A DNA stretch of 64,000 nucleotides from Eledone cirrhosa (lineage: Eukaryota): the NCBI GenBank assembly GCA_964016885.1, contig CAXHJY010001477.1:434001-498000 (forward strand), in the 5' to 3' direction. The notes beneath the pieces are model-generated. The model ran no database searches, was not told the origin of the DNA, and saw only the letters and a program-made list of their open reading frames with translations. Positions 27,901 to 40,128 of this stretch are shown here, one piece after another. Both the position numbers and the translations under genes were made by a program. Each line of letters begins with the position of its first letter. Positions within the stretch are counted from its first letter, which is position 1.

Positions 27901-30900
27901 TTTCTTAAATTAATCTATCACCTGAAGAAGGATAAATCACGTCTGAGTTTGTTAAATTAATCTATCACCTGAAGAAGTATAAATCACACCAGAGTTTCTT
28001 AAATTAATCTATCACCTGAAGAAGTATAAATCACAGCTGAGTTTCTTAAATTAATCTATCACCTGAAGAAGGATAAATCACGTCTGAGTTTGTTAAATTA
28101 ATCAATCACCTGAAGAAGGATAAATCACACCCAAGTTTGTTAACTTAATCTATCACCTGAAGAAGGATAAATCACACCTGAGTTTGTTAAATTAATCTAT
28201 CAACTGAAGAAGGATAAATCACACCTGAGTTTCTTAAATTAATCTATCACCTGAAGAAGGATAAATTACACCTGAGTTTGTTAAATTAATCAATCACCTG
28301 AAGAAGGATAACTCACACCTGAGTTTCTTACATTAATCTATTGCCTGAATAAGGATAAATAACACCTGAGTTTGTTAAATTAATCTATCACCTGAAGAAG
28401 AATAAATCACACCTGAGTTTCTTAAATTAATCTATCACCTGAAGAAGGACAAATCACACCTGAGTTTCTTAAATTAATCTATCACCTGAAGAAGGATAAA
28501 TCACACCTGAGATTCTGAAATTAATCTATCACCTGAAGAAGGATGAATCACAGGGGAGTTTGTTAAATTAATCTGTCACCTGAAGAAGGATAAATTACAC
28601 CTGAGTTTGTTAAATTAATCAATCACCTGAAGAAGGATAACTCACACCTGAGTTTCTTACATTAATCTATTGCCTGAATAAGGATAAATAACACCTGAGT
28701 TTCTTAAATTAATCTATCACCTGAAGAAGAATAAATCACACCTGAGTTTCTTAAATTAATCTATCACCTGAAGAAGGATAAATCACACCTGAGTTTCTTA
28801 AATTAATCTATCACCTGAAGAAGGATAAATCACACCTGAGATTCTGAAATTAATCTATCACCTGAAGAAGGATGAATCACAGCGGAGTTTGTTAAATTAA
28901 TCTGTCACCTGAAGAAGGATAAATCACACCTGAGTTTGTTAAATTAATCTAACACCTGAAGACGGATAAACAACAGCTGAGTTTCTTAAATTAATCAATC
29001 ACATAAAGAAGGGTAAATCACACCTGAGTTTCTGAAATTAATCTATCACCTGAAGAAGGATAAATCACACCGAGTCTCTGAAATTAATCTATCACCTGAA
29101 GAAGGATAAATAACACCTGAGTTTCTTAAATTAATCTATCACCTGAAGAAGGATAAATAACATCTGAGTTTCTTAAAATTAATCTATCACCTGAAGAAGG
29201 ATAAATCACACCTGAGTTTGTTAAATTAATCTATCACCTGAAGAAGTATAAATCACACCAGAGTTTCTTAAATTAGTCTATCACCTGAAGAAGGATAAAT
29301 AACATCTGAGTTTCTTAAAATTAATCTATCACCTGAAGAAGGATAAATCACACCTGAGTTTGTTAAATTAATCTATCACCTGAAGAAGTATAAATCACAC
29401 CAGAGTTTCTTAAATTAATCTATCACCTGAAGAAGTATAAATCACACCTGAGTTTCTTAAATTAATCTATCACCTGAAGAAGGATAAATCACGTCTGAGT
29501 TTGTTAAATTAATCTATCACCTGAAGAAGTATAAATCACACCAGAGTTTCTTAAATTAATCTATCACCTGAAGAAGTATAAATCACACCTGAGTTTCTTA
29601 AATTAATCTATCACCTGAAGAAGGATAAATCACGTCTGAGTTTGTTAAATTAATCAATCACCTGAAGAAGGATAAATCACACCCAAGTTTGTTAACTTAA
29701 TCTATCACCTGAAGAAGGATAAATCACACCTGAGTTTGTTAAATTAATCTATCACCTGAAGAAGGATAAATCACACCTGAGTTTCTTAAATTAATCTATC
29801 ACCTGAAGAAGGATAAATTACACCTGAGTTTGTTAAATTAATCAATCACCTGAAGAAGGATAACTCACACCTGAGTTTCTTACATTAATCTATTGCCTGA
29901 ATAAGGATAAATAACACCTGAGTTTGTTAAATTAATCTATCACCTGAAGAAGAATAAATCACACCTGAGTTTCTTAAATTAATCTATCACCTGAAGAAGG
30001 ATAAATCACACCTGAGTTTCTTAAATTAATGTATCACCTGAAGAAGGATAAATCACACCTGAGTTTCTGAAATTAATCTATCACCTGAAGAAGGATGAAT
30101 CACAGCGGAGTTTGTTAAATTAATCTGTCACTTGAAGAAGGATAAATCACACCTGAGTTTGTTAAATTAATCTAACACCTGAAGACGGATAAACAACAGC
30201 TGAGTTTCTTAAATTAATCAATCACATAAAGAAGGGTAAATCACACCTGAGTTTCTGAAATTAATCTATCACCTGAAGAAGGATAAATCACACCGAGTCT
30301 CTGAAATTAATCTATCACCTGAAGAAGGATAAATAACACCTGAGTTTCTTAAATTAATCTATCACCTGAAGAAGGATAAATAACACCTGAGTTTGTTAAA
30401 TTAATCTTTCACTTAAAGAAGGATCAATCACACCTGAGTTTCTTAAATTAATCTATCAACTGAAGAAGGATAAATCACACCTGAGTTTTTAAATTAATAA
30501 ATCACATGAAGAAGCAAAAATCACACCGGAGTTTCTTAAATTAATCTATCACCTGAAGAAGGATAAATCACGTCTGAGTTTGTTAAATTAATCTATCACC
30601 TGAAGAAGTATAAATCACACCAGAGTTTCTTAAATTAATCTATCACCTGAAGAAGTATAAATCACAGCTGAGTTTCTTAAATTAATCTATCAACTGAAGA
30701 AGGATAAATCACACCTGAGTTTCTTAAATTAATCTATCACCTGAAGAAGGATAAATTACACCTGAGTTTGTTAAATTAATCAATCACCTGAAGAAGGATA
30801 ACTCACACCTGAGTTTCTTACATTAATCTATTGCCTGAATAAGGATAAATAACACCTGAGTTTGTTAAATTAATCTATCACCTGAAGAAGAATAAATCAC

Positions 30901-33900
30901 ACCTGAGTTTCTTAAATTAATCTATCACCTGAAGAAGGACAAATCACACCTGAGTTTCTTAAATTAATCTATCACCTGAAGAAGGATAAATCACACCTGA
31001 GATTCTGAAATTAATCTATCACCTGAAGAAGGATGAATCACAGGGGAGTTTGTTAAATTAATCTGTCACCTGAAGAAGGATAAATTACACCTGAGTTTGT
31101 TAAATTAATCAATCACCTGAAGAAGGATAACTCACACCTGAGTTTCTTACATTAATCTATTGCCTGAATAAGGATAAATAACACCTGAGTTTCTTAAATT
31201 AATCTATCACCTGAAGAAGAATAAATCACACCTGAGTTTCTTAAATTAATCTATCACCTGAAGAAGGATAAATCACACCTGAGTTTCTTAAATTAATCTA
31301 TCACCTGAAGAAGGATAAATCACACCTGAGATTCTGAAATTAATCTATCACCTGAAGAAGGATGAATCACAGCGGAGTTTGTTAAATTAATCTGTCACCT
31401 GAAGAAGGATAAATCACACCTGAGTTTGTTAAATTAATCTAACACCTGAAGACGGATAAACAACAGCTGAGTTTCTTAAATTAATCAATCACATAAAGAA
31501 GGGTAAATCACACCTGAGTTTCTGAAATTAATCTATCACCTGAAGAAGGATAAATCACACCGAGTCTCTGAAATTAATCTATCACCTGAAGAAGGATAAA
31601 TAACACCTGAGTTTCTTAAATTAATCTATCACCTGAAGAAGGATAAATAACATCTGAGTTTCTTAAAATTAATCTATCACCTGAAGAAGGATAAATCACA
31701 CCTGAGTTTGTTAAATTAATCTATCACCTGAAGAAGTATAAATCACACCAGAGTTTCTTAAATTAGTCTATCACCTGAAGAAGGATAAATAACATCTGAG
31801 TTTCTTAAAATTAATCTATCACCTGAAGAAGGATAAATCACACCTGAGTTTGTTAAATTAATCTATCACCTGAAGAAGTATAAATCACACCAGAGTTTCT
31901 TAAATTAATCTATCACCTGAAGAAGTATAAATCACACCTGAGTTTCTTAAATTAATCTATCACCTGAAGAAGAATAAATCACACCTGAGTTTCTTAAATT
32001 AATCTATCACCTGAAGAAGGATAAATCACACCTGAGTTTCTTAAATTAATGTATCACCTGAAGAAGGATAAATCACACCTGAGTTTCTGAAATTAATCTA
32101 TCACCTGAAGAAGGATGAATCACAGCGGAGTTTGTTAAATTAATCTGTCACTTGAAGAAGGATAAATCACACCTGAGTTTGTTAAATTAATCTAACACCT
32201 GAAGACGGATAAACAACAGCTGAGTTTCTTAAATTAATCAATCACATAAAGAAGGGTAAATCACACCTGAGTTTCTGAAATTAATCTATCACCTGAAGAA
32301 GGATAAATCACACCGAGTCTCTGAAATTAATCTATCACCTGAAGAAGGATAAATAACACCTGAGTTTCTTAAATTAATCTATCACCTGAAGAAGGATAAA
32401 TAACACCTGAGTTTGTTAAATTAATCTTTCACTTAAAGAAGGATAAATCACACCTGAGTGTCTTAAATTAATCTATCACCTGAAGAAGGATCAATCACAC
32501 CTGAGTTTCTTAAATTAATCTATCAACTGAAGAAGGATAAATCACACCTGAGTTTTTAAATTAATAAATCACATGAAGAAGCAAAAATCACACCGGAGTT
32601 TCTTAAATTAATCTATCACCTGAAGAAGGATAAATCACACCTGAGTTTCTTAACTTAATAAATCACATGAAGAAGCAAAAATCACACCGGAGTTTATTAA
32701 ATTAATCTATCACCTGAAGAACGATATATCACACCTAAGTTTCTTAAATTAATCTTTCACCTGAAGAAGGATAAATCACACCTGAGTGTATTAAATTAAT
32801 CCATCACCTGAAGAAAGATAAATCACACCTAATTTTCTTAAATTAATCTATCAACTGAAGAAGGATAAATCACACCTGAGTTTCTTAAATTAATCTATCA
32901 CCTGAAGAAGGATAAATCACACCTGAGTTTCTTAAATTAATCTATCTCCTGAAGAAGGATAAATCACACCTGAGTTTCTTAAATTTAGCTATCGACTGAA
33001 GAAGGATAAATCACACCTGAGTTTCTTAAATTTAGCTATCGACTGAAGAAGGATAAATCACACCTGAGTTTCTTAAATTTAGCTATCGACTGAAGAAGGA
33101 TAAATCACACCTCAGTTTGTTAAATTAATCTATCACCTGAAGAAGGATCAATCACACCTGAGTTTCTTAAATTAATCTATCAACTGAAGAAGGATAAATC
33201 ACACCTGAGTTTCTTAAATTAATAAATCACATGAAGAAGCAAAAATCACACCGGAGTTTCTTAAATTAATCTATCACCTGAAGAAGAATAAATCAAACCT
33301 GAGTTTCTTAACTTAATAAATCACATGAAGAAGCAAAAATCACACCGGAGTTTATTAAATTAATCTATCACCTGAAGAACGATATATCACACCTGAGTTT
33401 CTTAAATTAATCTTTCACCTGAAGAAGGATAAATCACACCTGAGTGTATTAAATTAATCCATCACCTGAAGAAAGATAAATCACACCTAATTTTCTTAAA
33501 TTAATCTATCAACTGAAGAAGGATAAATCACACCTGAGTTTCTTAAATTAATCAATCACATAAAGAAGGATAAATCACACCTGAGTTTCTGAAATTAATC
33601 TATCACCTGAAGAAGGATAAATCACACCTGAGTTTCTTAAATTAATCTATCACCTGAAGAAGGATAAATCACACCTGAGTTTCTTAAATTAATCTATCAC
33701 CTGAAGAAGGATAAATCACACCTGAGATTCTGAAATTAATCTATCACCTGAAGAAGGATGAATCACAGCGGAGTTTGTTAAATTAATCTGTCACCTGAAG
33801 AAGGATAAATCACACCTGAGTTTGTTAAATTAATCTAACACCTGAAGACGGATAAACAACAGCTGAGTTTCTTAAATTAATCAATCACATAAAGAAGGGT

Positions 33901-36900
33901 AAATCACACCTGAGTTTCTGAAATTAATCTATCACCTGAAGAAGGATAAATCACACCGAGTCTCTGAAATTAATCTATCACCTGAAGAAGGATAAATAAC
34001 ACCTGAGTTTCTTAAATTAATCTATCACCTGAAGAAGGATAAATAACATCTGAGTTTCTTAAAATTAATCTATCACCTGAAGAAGGATAAATCACACCTG
34101 AGTTTGTTAAATTAATCTATCACCTGAAGAAGTATAAATCACACCAGAGTTTCTTAAATTAGTCTATCACCTGAAGAAGGATAAATAACATCTGAGTTTC
34201 TTAAAATTAATCTATCACCTGAAGAAGGATAAATCACACCTGAGTTTGTTAAATTAATCTATCACCTGAAGAAGTATAAATCACACCAGAGTTTCTTAAA
34301 TTAATCTATCACCTGAAGAAGTATAAATCACACCTGAGTTTCTTAAATTAATCTATCACCTGAAGAAGGATAAATCACGTCTGAGTTTGTTAAATTAATC
34401 TATCACCTGAAGAAGTATAAATCACACCAGAGTTTCTTAAATTAATCTATCACCTGAAGAAGTATAAATCACACCTGAGTTTCTTAAATTAATCTATCAC
34501 CTGAAGAAGGATAAATCACGTCTGAGTTTGTTAAATTAATCAATCACCTGAAGAAGGATAAATCACACCCAAGTTTGTTAACTTAATCTATCACCTGAAG
34601 AAGGATAAATCACACCTGAGTTTGTTAAATTAATCTATCACCTGAAGAAGGATAAATCACACCTGAGTTTCTTAAATTAATCTATCACCTGAAGAAGGAT
34701 AAATTACACCTGAGTTTGTTAAATTAATCAATCACCTGAAGAAGGATAACTCACACCTGAGTTTCTTACATTAATCTATTGCCTGAATAAGGATAAATAA
34801 CACCTGAGTTTGTTAAATTAATCTATCACCTGAAGAAGAATAAATCACACCCGAGTTTCTTAAATTAATCTATCACCTGAAGAAGGATAAATCACACCTG
34901 AGTTTCTTAAATTAATGTATCACCTGAAGAAGGATAAATCACACCTGAGTTTCTGAAATTAATCTATCACCTGAAGAAGGATGAATCACAGCGGAGTTTG
35001 TTAAATTAATCTGTCACCTGAAGAAGGATAAATCACACCTGAGTTTGTTAAATTAATCTAACACCTGAAGACGGATAAACAACAGCTGAGTTTCTTAAAT
35101 TAATCAATCACATAAAGAATGGTAAATCACACCTGAGTTTCTGAAATTAATCTATCACCTGAAGAAGGATAAATCACACCGAGTCTCTGAAATTAATCTA
35201 TCACCTGAAGAAGGATAAATAACACCTGAGTTTCTTAAATTAATCTATCACCTGAAGAAGGATAAATAACACCTGAGTTTGTTAAATTAATCTTTCACTT
35301 AAAGAAGGATAAATCACACCTGAGTGTCTTAAATTAATCTATCACCTGAAGAAGGATCAATCACACCTGAGTTTCTTAAATTAATCTATCAACTGAAGAA
35401 GGATAAATCACACCTGAGTTTTTAAATTAATAAATCACATGAAGAAGCAAAAATCACACCGGAGTTTCTTAAATTAATCTATCACCTGAAGAAGGATAAA
35501 TCACACCTGAGTTTCTTAACTTAATAAATCACATGAAGAAGCAAAAATCACACCGGAGTTTATTAAATTAATCTATCACCTGAAGAACGATATATCACAC
35601 CTAAGTTTCTTAAATTAATCTTTCACCTGAAGAAGGATAAATCACACCTGAGTGTATTAAATTAATCCATCACCTGAAGAAAGATAAATCACACCTAATT
35701 TTCTTAAATTAATCTATCAACTGAAGAAGGATAAATCACACCTGAGTTTCTTAAATTAATCTATCACCTGAAGAAGGATAAATCACACCTGAGTTTCTTA
35801 AATTAATCTATCTCCTGAAGAAGGATAAATCACACCTGAGTTTCTTAAATTTAGCTATCGACTGAAGAAGGATAAATCACACCTGAGTTTCTTAAATTTA
35901 GCTATCGACTGAAGAAGGATAAATCACACCTCAGTTTGTTAAATTAATCTATCACCTGAAGAAGGATAAATCACACCTGAGTTTCTTAAATTTAGCTATC
36001 GACTGAAGAAGGATAAATAACACCTGAGTTTCTTAAATTAATCTATCACCTGAAGAAGGATAAATCACACCTGAGTTTGTTAAATTAATCTATCACCTGA
36101 AGAAGGATAAATCACACCTGAGTTTCTTAAATTAATCTATCACCTGAAGAAGGATAAATCACACCTGAGTTTCTTAAATTTAGCTATCGACTGAAGAAGG
36201 ATAAATCACACCTGAGTTTCTTAAATTTAGCTATCGACTGAAGAAGGATAAATCACACCTGAGTTTCTTAAATTTAGCTATCGACTGAAGAAGGATAAAT
36301 CACACCTCAGTTTGTTAAATTAATCTATCACCTGAAGAAGGATCAATCACACCTGAGTTTCTTAAATTAATCTATCAACTGAAGAAGGATAAATCACACC
36401 TGAGTTTCTTAAATTAATAAATCACATGAAGAAGCAAAAATCACACCGGAGTTTCTTAAATTAATCTATCACCTGAAGAAGAATAAATCAAACCTGAGTT
36501 TCTTAACTTAATAAATCACATGAAGAAGCAAAAATCACACCGGAGTTTATTAAATTAATCTATCACCTGAAGAACGATATATCACACCTGAGTTTCTTAA
36601 ATTAATCTTTCACCTGAAGAAGGATAAATCACACCTGAGTGTATTAAATTAATCCATCACCTGAAGAAAGATAAATCACACCTAATTTTCTTAAATTAAT
36701 CTATCAACTGAAGAAGGATAAATCACACCTGAGTTTCTTAAATTAATCAATCACATAAAGAAGGATAAATCACACCTGAGTTTCTGAAATTAATCTATCA
36801 CCTGAAGAAGGATAAATCACACCTGAGTTTTTTAAAATAAAAAAATCACCTGAATAAGGATAAATCACACCTGAGTTTCTTAAATTAATCTATCATCTGA

Positions 36901-38295
36901 AGAAGGATAAATCACACCTGAGATTCTAAAATTAATCTATCACCTGAAGAAGGATAAATCACACGTGAGTTTCTTAAATTAGTCTAACACCTGAAGAAGG
37001 ATAAATCACACCTGAGTTTCTTAAATTAATCTATCACCTGAAGAAGGATAAATCACACCTGAGTTTCTTAAATTAATCTATCACCTGAAGAAGGATAAAT
37101 CACACCTGAGTTTCTTAAATTAATCTATCACCTGAAGAAGTATAAATCACACCTGAGTTTCTTAAATTAATCTATCACCTGAAGAAGGATATATCACACC
37201 TGACTGTCTTAAATTAATCTATCACCTGAAGAAGTATAAATCACACCGGAGTTTCTTAAATTAGTCTATGACCTGAAGAAGGATAAGTCACACCTGAGTT
37301 TCTTAAATTAATCTATCAAATGAAGAAGGATAAATGACACCTGAGTTTTTTAAAATAGAAAAATCACCTGAAGAAGGATAAATCACACCTGAGTTTCTTA
37401 AATTAATCTATCACCTGAAGAAGGATAAATCACACCTGAGTTTCTTAAATTAATCTATCACCTGATGAAGGATAAATCACACCTGAGTTTCTTAAATTAA
37501 TCTAACACCTGAAGAAGGATAAATCACACCTGAGTTTCTTAAATTAATCTATCACCTGATGAAGGATAAATCACACCTGAGTTTCTTAAATTAATCTAAC
37601 ACCTGAAGAAGGATAAATCACACCTGAGTTTCTTAAATCAATCTATCACCTGAAGAAAGATAAATCACACCTGAGTTTTTTAAATTAATCTATCACCTGA
37701 AGAAGTATAAATCACACCTGAGTTTCTTAAATTAATCTATCACCTGAAGAAGTATAAATCCCACCGGAGTTTCTTAAATTAATCTATCACCTGAAGAAGG
37801 ATAAATCACACCTGAGTTTCTTAAATTAATCTATCACCTGAAGAAGGATACATCACACCTGAGTTTCTTAAATTAATCAATCACATGAAGAAGGATAAAT
37901 CACACCGAGTTTCTGAAATTAACCTATCGCCTGAAGAAGGATAAATAACACCTGAGTTTCTTAAATTAATCTATCACCTGAAGAAGGATAAATCACACCT
38001 GAGTTTGTTAAATCAATATATCACCTGAAGAGGGATAAATCACACCTGAGTTTCTTAAATTAATCTATCACCCGAAGAAGGATAAATCACACCTGAGTTT
38101 CTTAAATTAATCTATCACCTGAAGAAGGATAAATCACACCTGAGTTTCTTAAATTAATCTATCAACTGAAGAAGGATAAATCACACCTGAGTTTCTTATA
38201 TTAATCTATCACCTGAAGACGGATATATAACACCTGAGTTTCTTAAATTAATCTATCACCTGAAGAAGGATAAATCACACCTGAGTTTCTTAAAT

Positions 38296-39768
38296 TAATC
38301 TATTATAATGACTCTTCTATGCATCTTTCTTCTCAGCACTTGAGAGGGCAAGCTCATCTTTATCATTACGGATACAATTCTCTCCAATGACATCACAATT
38401 CTCTTTGACACACTGCCTCGCAATCTTGAACACCTACTGTTTCTGGTACTCACATTGCTAAACATGCTTGAATTTTCTATCCTCTGCTTCCCTCCTAGCT
38501 AAGTATACTTGTCGCCTAGCTTCCCTCTTGGTCTCTATGTAATATACCCTGCTCCCCCCGTTCTTCCATTCTTTCCATACCTGTCTCTTGGCCTTAACTG
38601 CCTCATCTACCTTATTGTTCCACCACCAAGTCACTCTCCTCCTTCTTGTGGTCTTACTCCAGCCACAGACCTCATCTGTCGCCTCTAGTAAGTTATTTTT
38701 TAGGAACGCCCAGTGCTCTTCTACGTTGAATGTCTCTATCTGTTCTTCTTTACTGTCGTAGGCGTTGAGTAAAATATCTTTAAATCTGTTACTGGCTGAG
38801 GGGTCTTTCAGCTTCCAGATCTTTCTTCTCCAGGTTGGCCTCTGTTTCCAGTTTTGTCTAGCTCTGACTGTGAGGTCGCTGACAACTAAGCTATGTTGGG
38901 AGGTACATTCCTCACTAGGGAAGGCTTTTGTGTTTACGACCGTCCATCTGTCACGTCCTCTGCTGAGGATAAAATCTATCTGACTAGAATGCTACTCTGA
39001 TCTATAGGTGATCAGGTGGTTGTCGTGTTTTTTGAAGTTTGTGTTTCATATCGAAATGTCATTGGCGTCGCAGAATTCTAGAAGTCTGAATCCTTCTTCA
39101 TTTCTTGTGCCAACCCCGTGGCCTCCATGTACTCTATTGAAGCCGTCACAGTGTTTACCTACGTGTCTGTTAAAATCTCCTGCGATGATTAGGAAGTCAT
39201 TGTCGTTTGTTAGAGCAGTAGTGTACATTAGGGACTCGTAAAATCTATCCTTAAGTTCGTCTGGCAACCCCGATTGGGGTGCGTAAGCTCATATTATTGT
39301 GGTAATTGTTTTATTCAGTACTAGTCTGAGTTTAATGATTCTTGCATTTACCCTGTACACTGAGATTACTTTATCTACCCACTTGTCAGCTAGTAGTATA
39401 CCTACACCACCCATCCCATCTTCATTTCCCACCCAGAAAAATTTGTAGCACTGACTTTTTCCTACAAGGACTCTAGCAGACTCTCCTCTCCATCTAGTCT
39501 CTTGCACACAGCATACATCAATTTCCTTTCGCTCTAGCATCTCTACGATTTCTCCTGCTCTTCCTTTCATCATGCTTAAATTGAAGGTACCAACTCGGAG
39601 TTTTGGGCATTTGTCGACACTCGTAGGGAAGGGTCGATTTTTGCAGGGGTGCGTGTGTGCTTCCTCTCTCTGGATTGGGGCTTCACATGGATGCTTGGTA
39701 GCTCGCGGATTCATATTCATTTCATCTATTAATTCAGATTTGCTCCAATTTATTCTCAGCTCCTCCAT
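38296..39768 (-). pseudogene. Degenerate ORF of an RTE-like non-LTR retrotransposon: AP-endonuclease domain (~39600-38870) plus linker, truncated before the reverse transcriptase
   Basis: Manual translation in one frame: LRVGTFN..DVCCVQETRW..GVGILL..II*AYAPQ..IAGDFNRHVG..RNEEGFRLLEFC..I*NTNFKK..QIDFIL..SQHSLVV..IWKLKD..TWWWNNKVDEAVKAKRQVWKEWK..VFKIARQ..DA*KSHYNRL. APE catalytic motifs and the RTE-type WW linker are recognisable. Stops at 39289, 39046, 38992, 38458, 38434 and 38317. Confidence 0.93.
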
Positions 39769-39854
39769 CCATACCGGTAGGAAAAATTTAGGGCTAGAAC
39801 AGTGGTGGTGGTAATAATGGCAGGGTGTGTTGGGCTGAGGAGGAGAGAGTTAGG

Positions 39855-39875
39855 TAGTAGTAGTAGTAGTAGTAG
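39855..39875 (+). repeat. (TAG)7 microsatellite
   Basis: Read directly. Confidence 0.95.
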
Positions 39876-39914
39876 AAGAAATAGCATGCTGAGGTTTGAT
39901 TGGTCGAATAGGCT

Positions 39915-39964
39915 ATGGAGTTGTGAGGGGCTGGGTGGGATGGAGTTGTGAGGGGGTGGGAGGG
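39915..39964 (+). repeat. 2 x 25-bp G-rich tandem repeat; potential G-quadruplex
   Basis: ATGGAGTTGTGAGGGGCTGGGTGGG followed by ATGGAGTTGTGAGGGGGTGGGAGGG (2 mismatches); six G-runs of 3 or more between 39927 and 39964. Confidence 0.85.
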
Positions 39965-40107
39965 AAATTGTGAGGTAGAGAGAGGATAGAATACAGCATG
40001 GCAAAGTAGCCGATAGAATACACAGCAACAATAATATTAATAATAGCCAGTCATGGCCTGTAGCCTTAGATGGAAAAATAGTCAGAGACAGAGTCAGCAT
40101 GGTCAGG

Positions 40108-40128
40108 AAAAAAAAAAAAAAAAAAAAA
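40108..40128 (+). repeat. Poly(A)21 tract (poly-T on the LINE strand)
   Basis: Read directly. Confidence 0.95.

Larger units (their letters stand above)
1..38303. repeat. Satellite A: tandem array of 47-bp monomer, consensus CCTGAAGAAGGATAAATCACACCTGAGTTT(C/G)TTAAATTAATCTATCA, about 815 copies, runs off the left edge
   Basis: Read directly: a 47-bp period from base 1 to the last TTAAATTAATCTAT ending at 38303. Variants are substitutions plus rare short or long monomers (44, 45, 46, 48 bp). The ORF track lists nothing in this region. Confidence 0.98.
38304..40107 (-). mobile_element. RTE-like LINE remnant including a probable pyrimidine-rich 5' region (right boundary uncertain)
   Basis: Endonuclease ORF above plus upstream C/T-rich sequence on the minus strand. 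No TSD or defined 5' end is visible, so the extent beyond 39768 is inferred. Confidence 0.6.

Noticed and set aside
38501-38512. ACAAGTATAC on the LINE minus strand resembling the satellite B core
   Set aside because: Only a 9-10-bp AT-rich match in the opposite orientation; expected by chance.
38317-39291. Rescue of the stops by A-to-I editing or readthrough
   Set aside because: Only the 38317 TAG sits at an expected Trp; the others replace different residues, and the RT domain is missing anyway.
39046-39768. Two separate genes (159 aa and 73 aa), or a host CFDP2-like gene
   Set aside because: They are in the same frame and are fragments of one LINE endonuclease split by a nonsense codon.
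38765-39814. Plus-strand ORFs 38765-38983, 39008-39241 and 39572-39814
   Set aside because: Antisense shadows of the LINE endonuclease frame with no recognisable motifs.
39786-39854. Telomere-like words TTTAGGG and TTAGG
   Set aside because: Single isolated occurrences, not tandem.
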